Positions 11,870 to 23,550 are shown, counted from the stretch's first letter. The stretch is 64,000 nt of DNA from Amoebophrya sp. A120 (GCA_905178155.1 CAJINV010000002.1:4035838-4099837), one strand, 5' to 3'. The notes: generated by a model from the sequence alone, not told the origin. Numbers and translations are program-made.

Positions 11870-14800
11870 ATGATGTTTCTGATGCGCGGCACTCGTGTCA
11901 CCTCGATGATGAACAAACGCCGCCCTCTCCTCGCAGCCGGCCTCGCGGTCGTGGCAGAGGTGAGTCAACACCAGGGGCGCCAGCACCTCCTCCAGGGCGT
12001 TTCCGCGGTCGCCTTTTATGCATTGCAAATATGTAGTCTGGGTCTGGATCTGGAAGGATCCAGTCATGCTTGTCTGGCATGACTGGAGAGTTTGTGTTGC
12101 GTGTCCAAGAAGAGACCCTGTTGCCTGTCATGCAAAACGCAGTTTGTCATGCGGAAAGCGCAACACTAAGCAGCGCGAATATTTCTCATGCTTGGCAGCT
12201 GTGCATTACAGAGAATTCACTACTCACAACTGAGCATTACAAGTTTCCAGACCTCCCAGACTGACATATTTGCATTTGATATCTTTTACTCCTCTATCAA
12301 GTCCTCGTCGAAATCGAAATTAAGTGTGAAGAAGAGCAGAAAGGCTGTGGCGACTGCTCCACCTCACTCGCTGCTGCAAAATTACAACGCGAAAAACAAA
12401 CTATCTTCGACGTTGCAGAGGACGAAAATTGTAAACCAGGAGAAAAGCAACGCCCAGTTTCTGTTTGTGAAGGAGAGCAGCCAGAAGAACAAGAAAAAGC
12501 ACACGGCGGCCCTGGGAAGTGGGCTTGCGAGAAGTACCATTGCTCGCGAGAACTCAACCACGGCCGACGCCGTCACACTGTCGTGGGAAGACGTCCGCTC
12601 CGCCGCCGACGATGCTGCGGTCGAGACGCTGGTCAACCAGGCATTCGCGGATGCTATTGCCGCAAACCTCACGACGCAGGACGCCGTCACCGCGAAAATT
12701 CCTGCTATCGTCGACGCCAAAAATGCCCTCGCCGGCGCGGCGGCGGATGGAGGTTCCGACGACATTGCGGGGCTCGAATCGGCTCTGCAAGCAGCGATCA
12801 AAGCGGCGACGGATTTGGTGTCTACTAGTAGTACCATATGCATTGCAAATATGTTGTCTGGGTCTGGAAGGTTCTAAACTTGTTATGCATGTTTTCCATG
12901 ACTGACCCATGGCCATGAGGTCTGGAATGCGGGACCTAGCATGACAGACTCTGCGAGGTCGTTGTCATGCCTATCCTGCATGAGAAACTCCTCGTTCCTA
13001 ACTCGGTCGAAAGTGGACAGCTTTTGGCACTCATGCAACACGGATTTTTGCATGATTCGGATTTGGCATGACAAGTTGCAAGAATCTTCTAGACCCAGAC
13101 ATTTTTGCGATCCATATACCACCAGCTCCACGTCCCCTCCGGGCTCGGGCACATTGACATGGGACCCCCAGATCACTGCCGCCGAGATCCAGGCGGTGGT
13201 TGACGCTGTCGATCCGGCCCTGACCGGGGACCAGAAACAGGCGGCGATCAAGGCCGCAGTGTCCGATCTCCTTCGCAGCGTCATGCCTATCAAATGCAAA
13301 TATGTCTGGGTCTGGAAATAACTTGTGATGCAAGTCAGTGAACAATAAGCAAACTGCAATGTGCAGCAAAGCATGACAAGTTTTTTCGTGCTTCTGTGCT
13401 GCGCGTTCCGCATGGGAAACTGCGTTTCTGCATGACAGAAATGAGAGGCGAGAGAGGCTGTTCTTGCCCCCGCAATACAGAGTACAGAGTCATGCCAGAC
13501 TAGCATGACAAATCTTGCAATCTTCCAGACCGCCAAACATATTTGCAGTGGATAATAACGCAGTTGGTCGCTGACAAAGCGGCACAGCAGGTCGCGGACG
13601 CAGCCTGCGCAGACCCCTTCGTGCAGGCCGATCTCATATCAAATGCAAATATGTGTGGGTCTCCTGGGAGATTGCGAGATTTGTCACGCTAGTCTGACAT
13701 GACTCCGACCTCTGTATTGCGTGGCCGCGAAGAGCCCCTCTCGCCTGGGATGCAAAAACGCAGTTTCTCTTTCATTTCTCATGCGGGGTACTTAAGCAAC
13801 TCAGAACCACACAAAAACTTGCCATGCTTGGCTTTGGCAGAGCATCTCCGTGTGCTCACTATTCCCTTCTATGCATGATCACAAGTTCTTTCCAGACCCA
13901 GACATATTTGCAATCCATATCTCACCGCCGCCATTGCAGCCGCCGCGGGCATGACGGTGGTGGGTATCCCGGAAGGTGCGGAGGAGGCGCTATCCGGAGG
14001 AAAAACGTCCCCACAACAGAGTCAAGATCTTCATGGGGACTTTGCAACACAAACCTAGAAGTTTTGGGAGTCACGCGTGACAAGTTGCAGTTCGTAGTGT
14101 AGTGGTACAGGTTGGCAAGGACAGTGCCGCATTACAAATCCATCTCCTGCTTATCCTGTTTACAGCATTACAAATTTTATTTCTAAAACGTGATTGGCAA
14201 TGCCTAGCATGGGGATGTTGTGCGTCAGAAATGTTCCCGCCATTGCGAATCTGCATGAGAACTCTGGGAGCAGGGGTGGGGGCGTTTTTCCTTAGGATAT
14301 GCGCTCGCGGATGTTCAGTCCGTCGTTGTTTCGGTCCTGAACAATGCCACACTCACGGCGGAAGAGAAGCGCGCGGAGCTGACGAAGCATATGACAATGC
14401 ACAACTCCCCCTCCCCCTCATTTGTATAGCATGAACGGCAATACAAGCTAGCTGCATCCGCAAGAATATCGGTTTTGCATGACAAATTTGCACTGAATTG
14501 TAGTGCTCTATGGGCTTCCAGGATGTGTCATGCAAACAGTGCTAGAAGGCAGCAGCTGGATTTCGGATTTTGCATTACAAATGAGGGGGAGGGGGAGTTG
14601 TCCACTTTCATAAAGCAGTTGACGGACCTCATGACTCGTTTCGGGGTGATATCAAATGCAAAAGCGTCTGGGTCTGGAAGAATGCAACTTGTGATGCTGT
14701 ATTAGGATGTCTGAAAAATTTGTGTTGCATGAGCAGCAGAAGGCTTCTAATGTTTGCTGCGCGGAGAGGGCATTCGCATTTGTCATGCGGAATAGGCATC

Positions 14801-16365
14801 AAGAATCCCTCAAAAAACCTGTGATGCTAGGGCACGCATCACAGACATCATGGCTCCTGCAAACCGTGCATGACAAGGCTCAGAATTTGCCAGACCCAGA
14901 CACTTTTGCACTTGATAGGTGAAAGACGACAATCCTCTCCTGCATCAGGGGCTTGAGGACTTCGTCTGGTGTGCGGCACCAGATGACCCGGCGACTGTGG
15001 ACGGAGAAACGGTGGAGACTCAGATGAAAAACATTGCTATTGAGCTGGCGAGGATTTTTATGACACTGCACAACTCCCCCTCGTTCTCATTTCTCAGGCA
15101 AAGTCCACAATTCCAGTTGTTCCCTTGCGTCACTATTATGCATGACAAATTCCGGAAGCCCAAACAGTACTACACTAGGCACCCAAATTTGTCATGCATA
15201 GGCTCCGCGTGTGGTGGTGTTTGTACTATAATTTTTGCTGTCCAACATGCTATACAAATGAGGGGGAGGGAGAGTTGTGCACTATTATAATTTTGAAGGA
15301 GCAGACGCAGGGGGAAACGACCAGACCCCCGCTACCACCGGGAGTGAGCCCCGGAGTGAGCCCTGTAACTGACACTGGCTGCTTAGGCACGGGAGGCATG
15401 GTATCCTGAGCAAAAACGTCCCCACCCCATAGTACTTAAGTTGGACGAAAATCTGCTAGACAAATCAACCGGCTTTCGCTGTTGCGCATGACAAGAACAA
15501 GTTCGGCCTCGGTGTAGTACGTGTAATTCTGTTTTTTAGCTAGTTCATCAGCATGATCACAGATCGAGCGCATTAATTTATTATCATACTGCTGCGAGCA
15601 TCACAAATTACAAAATACCACCAAAAAATGCTTCCCATACGGCTTCTCCGCAGGAGAAACATTTATAAGCATGTTGCAGATTTGCATGACAGCGCTGGAG
15701 TGGGGACGTTTTTACTCACGAGACATCGTGGAGTTGCTTCTTCTCGGCGGCGTGCCCGTGCTGCTGTTACTCTGCGTCGCTGGCATCATCCTCTGCTACT
15801 GCTGCGGCGTCTTGTGTATGAACTGCAAAAGTATCGTACTCGTATAAATTGCATTACAAATCTTGGTAAGAAGAGAAATGGAATTTGTAATGCTGTTTTA
15901 CCTTAGGAGGAAGATTTGTCATGCGTATTTGCAATTAGTACGAGTGCGATACTTTTGCACAGCATATTGTGTTTCAAGAAGAATGACTCCACTACTTCTG
16001 CCGGTCGCGGTCGCGCCGCCGCCCCGGGCACAACCACCGCGGCCCGAAAATCCGCCGGGCAGCAGGTGGCTGCTCCACTGGCGGGCGCTGGCGCCGCCGT
16101 CCGGCAGTCCGCGGCCCAGGCCGCTGATGCGCAGGCAGCCGGTGCGCCGCCGGACGCGCTTGCGGCGGCTCGCCAGTCCACCGGCGGCCAGGCTGCGGCG
16201 GTGGGCCAGGTGGCGCCGGGTGCTGCGGCTGATGTTGCACGGCAGTCCGCGGGACAGGCTGCGGCGCCGGAAATGGGCGGAGATGCTGCTGCTGCGGTGG
16301 CGCCTCAGCCGGCGGGTGGGGGTGAAGAAATTACGCCGGCGCCGACCTCGGAGGAAGAAGGTTAA
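11870..16365 (+). CDS. Type-I membrane Ala-rich surface protein (~615 aa, 11 exons), paralog 3
   Basis: Removing 10 elements +5 nt each leaves 1848 nt in frame without stops: N-terminal hydrophobic segment (KRRPLLAAGLAVVA), Ala-rich helical body, Pro-rich stalk, TM helix (LLLLGGVPVLLLLCVAGIILCYCCGVLC-FKK), Ala/Gln-rich tail. Confidence 0.85.
12017..12281. mobile_element. Introner family A
   Basis: TATGCATTGCAAATATG...CATATTTGCATTTGATA; TSD ccttt/tcttt. Confidence 0.9.
12837..13116. mobile_element. Introner family A
   Basis: TIRs; perfect TSD tacca. Confidence 0.92.
13288..13554. mobile_element. Introner family A (reverse orientation relative to 12017)
   Basis: TIRs; TSD atgcc/ataac. Confidence 0.88.
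13637..13919. mobile_element. Introner family A
   Basis: TIRs; perfect TSD tctca. Confidence 0.92.
13991..14299. mobile_element. Introner family B
   Basis: TATCCGGAGGAAAAACGTCCCC...GGGGCGTTTTTCCTTAGGATA; TSD ggcgc/tgcgc. Confidence 0.9.
14390..14612. mobile_element. Introner family C
   Basis: ~37-bp TIR TATGACAATGCACAACTCCCCCTCCCCCTCATTTGTA; perfect TSD aagca. Confidence 0.92.
14650..14917. mobile_element. Introner family A
   Basis: TIRs; perfect TSD ggtga. Confidence 0.92.
15059..15289. mobile_element. Introner family C (reverse orientation relative to 14390)
   Basis: TIRs; perfect TSD atttt. Confidence 0.92.
15402..15723. mobile_element. Introner family B, variant 3' end AGA
   Basis: TATCCTGAGCAAAAACGTCCCC...GGGGACGTTTTTACTCACGAGA; TSD catgg/catcg. 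Confidence 0.88.
15817..15966. mobile_element. Introner family D (short)
   Basis: TATGAACTGCAAAAGTATCGTACTCGTA...TACGAGTGCGATACTTTTGCACAGCATA; perfect TSD ttgtg. Confidence 0.92.
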
Positions 16366-17679
16366 GAATGCGGAGTTTGTTGTGGCGGAAACGGTTCTCA
16401 TGTTGGCGTACCAGCGTCGTAGTTCTTCGGCTTCTCGACGAGGACGATGCAACGCCGTTCAACAGCAGGGAAAAGCTCGCTTAAAGAAGAGCTGCGCTTC
16501 TTGCTTCGCGCACTTCTAAAAAGCTGAAGAGGAGGTCTTTCTCAGTAAGTACTCGATTCACAAATTTGTTAAGTTGCCTTTTTTTACCTAATAGAAATAC
16601 TAACTTGCGTACATTTTTTCCGTTGGTATTGGTTTTGCTTTCGAATGTTTTCAAATCACATCAAAATCACTTGTCAAATACTTCAAACACTTGCATTCGT
16701 AATTCAGTTATTTTCAAGAAAATGAGTAAGCTTTTTTTGCTTTGTAGCACTGCCCGCGATTTAATTTTATTATTTTCACGTATACAACATAAACATTCCA
16801 AGATCAAGAACACTCTTATTCCACTTTCGGTATCCCCGAAAGAACGACACTAAAGCTACTTTTTGGCAGCGGTCAAAGGGCGGACCTTCGAAGAGGATGA
16901 GAAGCTCTTTGTTTGCTTGCTCTCTCTTGCATCTCTTTGATGCAGCAACGTAAAACATAGAAAAAAATTTTATCTCTTTCTCTTCGGCCAAAAGAAAACT
17001 AAAACAAGATTTAGAAATATTAAACCGGTGAAGAAAAGCCGCGGATAGCGCCCTTGCATCGATATCTTCGGTCGCAGCTTGCCATTCCACTGTTTGTCCC
17101 ATGTATCGGCGTGCAGTAGCAGCAAGAAAAACCACAAAGAAGTAAACCGAAAGAACAAGAAGCAAAATGGTATCCCCATGAGCTGCTATGCCTTCTTTCA
17201 CAGCCGCCTCGAATAACTTAACGTCTATAGTAGATGCATAGCATGCATGGATGTAAGATGAGAATGGCTGGCGGCACAAGAAGGCGCACGGAGCTGGAAA
17301 AGGAAATCAGGCAATGGAGCGTACAAAGGCCAAGGGAAATATCATGCATCAAGCGCTAGCTCTAGCTCAACCTCTAGCACCCTTCCCCTCACCAGAAAGA
17401 GAAATCAACCCGTTCCCCCTCAGTACTACAAACGCACTCAGCTTTGCTTTGAGAAAAAACAACTGCGCAACTTGTTGCCCTTCATCTGAATGAACATTCG
17501 AAGGTCCTCGGGCAGGCTTCATGTCATTTGCGTGTTCTAACTTCGTAGCATAGTGTAAATCTGCCACTTTAACAAGGGATGGAGGGTAGTACGGTATTTC
17601 GAGGTGAACTAGCATCATCTGAATAGCAAGAATACTGGCCTAGCCTGTACTAGCTCGCTCCTGTGGACGATGTCTCACG

Positions 17680-18645
17680 ATGTTGCCAAGAAGCAGTTCT
17701 CGGTTAATATGCTACCACCCTCGTCACTTGATGATGGTCCTCCAACTCTCGATGTTTCTACGTGTTTTTCTCACCGCAGGAGTGCTCTTCTCCGGAAAAC
17801 ATTTTGCTGCTGCCGTACGCTTTGGGGCGGGACCGGGAGCGGGTCGTCTTTCCCCCAGTAGAGCGTTGTTGGAACAACAACGTGCGGGAGACGACGAAGA
17901 TAATCAACAACCGGTTTTATTTGACGATGAAACGGTGCTGACCAAGGCGGTCCCTGTAGACCCGGCCGATAATGAAGAAAGCACAGCTGCTGGAAGTTTG
18001 TGTACCCCCAGGGAGGTCATCTCGTCTCTTTGCACCACCAATAGACGACCTGTACACGACTCTGATGGGTATCTGCGTCCAACATCGTCAGCGGCCTCTT
18101 CATCATCCTGCACGAAGAAAGACGCTTTACTTGTTCCAGACGAAGATACTTCTTCATCAACCTGCTGCACAACTCCTAAAAAGAACAAAAGTCTTCTTCT
18201 ACTTGCGCACAAAGAAAGAGAAAGTAGAGAAAGTGATCTGCGACAGAGGATAAACTTTGCAAAGACCGACCTTGACCGGAAAAAGTCCGCCGTGTTTCAC
18301 CGGAAACTGGGACTTTTCCGTCGAAAAACACTCCACGTGTTGAAATTCTACGCTCCCGCCGTTTTGGCTTTTCTTGCCGGGGTTTATTATGATTGCGGTT
18401 ACAACTTCTACACGGGACGAAATTTTTGGGAAGCGGGTCAGGCTTCGGCTGTTTCTACCACGACGTCGGGTGCGGGAGCTGCTACGGGAAATAAAGCGGG
18501 ACAAGAAGCTGCATTTCATGAATTGGATGCTGCGCTCCTCGTCGCAGCTGCGGAGCTCTATTGCAGGCACAGCCTCGTCGTCAGATCCATCAACGACCAC
18601 TGGGGCGTGGGCGCCTCAGGACGAAGTCGACGCGGGGAATCCTAG
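17680..18645 (+). pseudogene. 5' part of membrane protein 'X' (paralog of the central region of the 26758 gene), interrupted at ~18515
   Basis: Signal-like N-terminus; LHVLKFYAPAVLAFLAGVYYD..YTGRNFW resembles LMHFAKFYVPAVLPVVAGMLCDWQYTGGAIW at ~30325; its natural continuation is at 20925. Confidence 0.6.
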
Positions 18646-18945
18646 TAGGGCTAGTAGTACTGGTACAACTACCCGTGCTGGTGGTACAACTTCTAGACGA
18701 GATGCACCAAGCGGCTCTGGAAGAAGTACTAGCGCCGGAGCTGCTACATTGGGGTCGTCCGCCTCCTCGACAGCAGAAGATCTGATTTTTCTCCCGTCTT
18801 TCGTCGAGCAGGGTGAAATTCGAGTGTTCCGATCCTTGTTCGCTGACTTTCTGGAAAACAAAACCTCCTCTAGTCTCTCTGCCGCCTTGCACGAGCAAAT
18901 GCTGGCGGAACAAGCGAGAGTCCGAAATGAAGACCCGGTCCAGCG

Positions 18946-19171
18946 TATGAAGAGAGTGCGCAACTCCCCCTCCCCCTCATTTGTAATGAAAAAGGCAAAA
19001 CTTCCCAAGTGCTTCCCTGTGGCACTGTATGCATGAGAGATTCCGGAAGTCCAAACAGTAGTACACTAGGCGCATGAACTTGATGTCATGCACAGGCTCT
19101 ACGTGTGCTGGTGTTTGTATTGCTGTTCATGCAGTACAAATGAGGGGGAGGGGGAGTTGTGCACTGTCATA
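18946..19171. mobile_element. Introner family C (shared site with 32627)
   Basis: TIRs; TSD cagcg/cagag. Confidence 0.9.
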
Positions 19172-19404
19172 CAGAGGTTCGCTCAGCAATACGTGTGCGC
19201 GACCTGTATGGACTCCCCACTGCAATTGCCGCAGGAGGTTCAGCAAATGTCGGGCGCTGCTGGAGACACGAGGAACTCCGGTGCTGCTTACGAGACGAAA
19301 AGGCTAGCGGTGTTGCCTTGTGGGCACACCTTCTGTGAGGGTTGCATCACACAGTGGACGCACAATCGCCCCGATTGCCCCTCCTGTCGCCGTAGCGTTC
19401 CCCG

Positions 19405-19685
19405 TATGAGATCAATGCACAGCCCCCATTTGATGTTGTTCCCCGCTTTATGTAAATATATTAGTTTGGATTTGGTTTTGGAAGAAAAGCAACCGCAAGA
19501 ATTTTTGCAGCTCCTGCATGCCAAATTAAGTATATGCGCGCGGCCTGTAGTAAGGAAGAGGATAGACATAGATACAAGTGTTTGGTTTTTCCTGTTGATG
19601 AGAGGCTGCACTAGTATCTGCAGTTGCGTTTTTGCATGACGACAAAGGTGGGACCCCCGGACATGGGGAGTTGTGCGCTCGGATA
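19405..19685. mobile_element. Degenerate introner family C (shared site with 33359)
   Basis: TATGAGATCAATGCACAGCCCCC...GGGGAGTTGTGCGCTCGGATA; perfect TSD ccccg. Confidence 0.85.
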
Positions 19686-19861
19686 CCCCGTGCCCTTCAT
19701 ACCCGGCGCCACGGTGCCAGCACGTTTCACTTTCGTCCGCGCGACCTCTACAATGAGAGCTGTGTTCCACGTTACGAGGCACCAAGAGGTCAAGGGCAAC
19801 AAGCAGGCCTTGGTCGTGTTGTACCCTTGACGTTCAATATCTACACGCGCGACACGGAAGT

Positions 19862-20119
19862 TATGGTTTTCTCAACTGTTGCATTCTCAACTGGTCGCGT
19901 TACATGGATTTGTCGTGCAAAACTGTTTTACCTTAGGCCGCCAGACGATCAAGCTGCTTCGCATGACAAACCATCTCCGAAGGGCTATACAGCATGGACA
20001 TCTGTAACAAATCCCTGATGCGAAAGCAGCAAGCTTGCCTCTACTTTGATTCTTGTGGTTCTTTCATTACAAATTCATGCAACAGTGTCCGGAATAATGT
20101 AACGTTTGAGAACGGGATA
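19862..20119. mobile_element. Introner family E (absent from paralog)
   Basis: TATGGTTTTCTCAACTGTTGCATT...AATGTAACGTTTGAGAACGGGATA; TSD gaagt/gaatt. Confidence 0.87.
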
Positions 20120-20191
20120 GAATTAGGAGATGATCCTCGTCCCAGGGGGTACGTGGAATTGGTGCAGCCAAACGCGGATCCAAGTGGCGAG

Positions 20192-20455
20192 TACGCATTG
20201 CAAATATGTCTAGGTCAGGAAAGCTGGAAGTTGTGATGCTGGTTTTGGATTCCAAAAAATGCTGTCTTGCCTGAGCAGCTTTTTGTTACGCGAACAGGGC
20301 ATTTGTCATCCTCATCCGGCGGGATAGGCATCAAGAAGCACTCAGAGAGTCTGTGACGCTAGGGAAAAATGCATCACAGACGTCATGGGTCATGTAAAAT
20401 CTGCATGACAAGTTGCACCCTTCCACCAGACCCAGATCGATATTTGCAATGCATA
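20192..20455. mobile_element. Introner family A, variant 5' end TAC (absent from paralog)
   Basis: TACGCATTGCAAATATG...ATATTTGCAATGCATA; TSD gcgag/gcgcc. Confidence 0.87.
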
Positions 20456-20567
20456 GCGCCACAGGTGGAAGGATTCCATTTACACCGAAAGTTGAAATTA
20501 TCGAAGAGGGAGCCGCTTCGTCAGCGGACCAGGCCAGTCGTGGACCTGCGGTTGTGCAGCACACTGG

Positions 20568-20810
20568 TATCTTAAAAAAAAAAATCTCCCCTCCCCATAT
20601 CGAAAAGGCATCCTTTTGAAAATTTGTGATGCTGATTTGAGGTCACAAACCAGGTCTGTCGTGCAAGAAAGCAAAGCCAGGGCTTCCGCCGCTTTACGCG
20701 GGCGATTTGTAATGCTGTTGCGCCAACAGGGCAGACGGCTACCATGCTCAGCGCCCACTTCTAGCCAGCCCTTTCCAGGTTTTGCATCTGCCTGCAGTCA
20801 GGCCCGACCC
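20568..20810. mobile_element. Truncated introner family F
   Basis: Left end matches 53849 (CCCCATATCGAAAAGG...TTGAAAATTTGTGATGCTGAT); no right TIR or TSD; right boundary approximate. Confidence 0.65.
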
Positions 20811-20924
20811 CGGGAGCCACAGGCTGGCTGCCTATTCATTTGGGGGGGCGCCCCGCCCAGGGGCGCAGAAACAGGTCCGCGCGGCCTGATTCGGGAGTGC
20901 GAAGCGAACTAACAGCCCCCAGGA

Positions 20925-22210
20925 ACGAAATTTTTGGGAAGCGGGTCAGGCTTCGGCTGTTTCTACCACGACGTCGGGTGCGGGAGCTGCTACGGGAAAA
21001 GCGAGGCAAGAAACCGCAATTACAAATGCCTGCAATTCATCGTGCGCTGTCGCACCTACTAATTCTTGTACCGCCAGCACACCAGTGAAACAAAGCCTCG
21101 CAGCACCAGTAGATCGGATCCGAGCTTCTTCTACTTCGCGAGCTTTGTTGAAAGAGAAAGCAACGTTGTCTCCTTCGATTTCTGTTAGCGCAGGAGCCTC
21201 AGAGAAGTCGGGGACGAGCAAGGCGACGAGTTGTCATTTATTCTCTGCGCCCGCGGCGGCACAACAGCGAGATACTAAGAACGGCTCATCTTCAAAAATC
21301 TGGCGGAAATTCTTTGTACCACTCCCCGTGGCGTCATCTGCAACTACACCAGGACCATTATCAGCTTGTGCCACGACTCCTGTTTCGACCACGACGACGA
21401 CGACAAACCACGTATGCAAGAAAAAAGCTGTGTAAGTCTAACTCTGTACCTGTAGGAAGAGCAGCATAGCAAATTCGTTTTGCATTACAGGGAAAACCTG
21501 TCATGCGCAGCTAGCACATGGAAACACGTAAGGTCTGAGGTTGTGACGCACACCCAGCATGACAAGCGTGAGGACAGTCTTGCATCATCCGCAACACAAA
21601 CTTACAGTTACACAGTTTTTTTCTTGCATACCACGGAGGACAACTCGTTGACTACCTCATTGACATGCGGTGGTGGTCCATGAAGATGACCCCCACCGCG
21701 GAGGACCTTGTCTTCTGGGCGTTTCTGCAACTCCTCCTCTCCACCGGAAGCTTCGTGTGCAACCGACTCCCGGGCACCACGGCCGGGCTGCTGGTTGCGG
21801 GGAGTCTGTTCGGCCAATGTGATAGGGCAAGGGAAAGGGAAGAGGTTTTGTTGGAGCGTATGCAGGATGAACTGAAGTGCTTGGTTGATGAGGTGGCGGA
21901 AAAGGATGAGGATTTGAAACAAGCGGTCGCGGAATTGCGGGAGATGTTGCTGTGGGCCGGCGACATTAAAGGGGGAGAAATAAACTGCTGTCCCGGAGGA
22001 GAAAAGTTCAGTGACCTCCAGGAGTTGCTGGACGCAGGTCGTAGTGGTTGTACTTCTAGCAGTGGCTGGACAACATCGACTCGTGTGGTTGACCGGCAGT
22101 GCGTGAGAAAAATCGTCAAAGACGCTGCTGCGAAAATTTGGAATGCAATATCAGGCGGTGGACGAAGCAGGTGTATAGTAGAAGAGAAATCCTCGTCTTC
22201 TGCCTGCTGA
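20925..22210 (+). pseudogene. 3' part of membrane protein 'X' (exons ~20926-21412, 21636-22210)
   Basis: First 75 bp identical to 18417-18491; open frame across element 21413; ...DRAREREEVLLERMQDEL...LKQAVAELREMLL resembles SEARERDARRLDIIYQQL...IAKAVEELKELL in the 26758 gene. Confidence 0.65.
21413..21630. mobile_element. Introner family G
   Basis: TATGCAAGAAAAAAGCTGTGTAA...TTACACAGTTTTTTTCTTGCATA; perfect TSD ccacg. Confidence 0.92.
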
Positions 22211-23268
22211 AAAGAAGTAAAACCAGAACAATGATAAAGCAATCCCGCTCGTTCTTCGGCGCCATATAGTTAAGTGACATCGAAAGAAGTATATAAATAT
22301 CCTTTTTCGCGCTACGGTTTTCAACATATTTTCACCCCTGGCCGATTTTGAACGACGAGGCCTCGAAGTGCTCGAAGTCGAGTACATCTGAGAATTTAGA
22401 TTTTTTCGCTTTGATCCAGCGTTCTCGTAAGATGACGTCGACGTCGTCACTTTTCTTGTGCAAAATAATGAACCACAACCATGCTTGCTTGATGATTATT
22501 TCTTTGATTTGCATTTTCGTCCCGTGCGCCCAAACCCAAAGTTTCATACGTGCACTTATTTGGAATCAAGGAGTTGTCCTTGTCGTTTGCCAACCGTTCT
22601 TCTGCAAAATGAATCAAGAATGTCTAATCTAGAAAAGAAACTAGCATGAGAAGCAAATAAAAAAAGACCGGCAGAAGCATTCTTCTATGGCACCACTGCT
22701 GGTGCTGCCTGCTGTTGCGAGAAACCCTACGTATTTACTCCAATTATTATACGCAGCATTTCTGCAACTCGTTGATGAAATTGTTCGTAGAAGAAAATCG
22801 CTCATCGAAGTCGTCTCGTGACATGCAGCATGTCTCGTCGTCACGTCGTTTTGAGTAGCATGATATGCGAGTAAAAATAATCGTCATTCTCATTTCGTCC
22901 AGATTCGTGCCTCGTGGGTCCTCGTACAAATAGATCATTACTCTAGATGAAGTTCTAAAATCGTCTCTACTCACGCCATAAGACAACTCCTCTCGAAACA
23001 AGAGGAAAAGCTAGACTCCAAAAAATCTGAATTTCGTTTCAAAAATCGCAGGAAGTTTTGTTTTTTCCACGGGGAAAGAAATAATCATACCCAAAACCAC
23101 AATTACCTGTGCCTCGGTGTACTGCGTAGTGGTCGGAAGAAAGTCCAAAACTAGAAGCACACTTCTCTGTCGCAAATAAGAAAGCTTGTTGCTTTTTTGC
23201 TGCTTTCTCAACAAGTAATCTCCACCAGTTAGTTCGGTGTAGAGCCCAGCACAAAACAACCCAAAACC

Positions 23269-23550
23269 ATGAAAACGTTTGCGAAAATCGGAGCGGCGAC
23301 CACCTTCACTCCCCTGGCTGGGGGGGGGGTCGTGTTTGCGGCGATGCAGGAGAAGAAATCCGCCGCGACCACCCACGAGTGGGCGGGCAGCGAGACCTCG
23401 CCGCAAGGTTTTGTCGAAGTCGACCCTCGTGTGCGCGCTGAAGTTGACCGTCGTGCCCGCGTGGATTCCAAGAAGAAGGAGAAGATACGTTGGGTAAAAT
23501 CATACCTCGTCGGCTTCTGTGGTAAGAGCATGGCGTTTCTTGCGAAATGA
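23269..23550 (+). CDS. Possible small secreted protein, first exon (structure unresolved)
   Basis: GC-rich island in AT-rich DNA, ACCATG start, signal-like MKTFAKIGAATTFTPLAGGGVVFAA; possible further exon ~23880-24129. Confidence 0.3.
   Translation: MKTFAKIGAATTFTPLAGGGVVFAAMQEKKSAATTHEWAGSETSPQGFVEVDPRVRAEVDRRARVDSKKKEKIRWVKSYLVGFCGKSMAFLAK

Larger units (their letters stand above)
18515..20567 (+). pseudogene. Inserted copy of the 3' RING-HC region of the 26758-34172 gene, fused out of frame
   Basis: FMNWMLRSSSQLRSSIAG...CATCMD...CGHTFCEGC...CPSCR...FTPKVEI closely matches 31647-34050; no start of its own; ends in a truncated element. Confidence 0.7.

Noticed and set aside
11870-16365. 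Treating the interrupted genes as MITE-riddled pseudogenes
   Set aside because: No stops or frameshifts in any reconstructed exon across 10 inserts of different ages; the same holds in the other reconstructed genes
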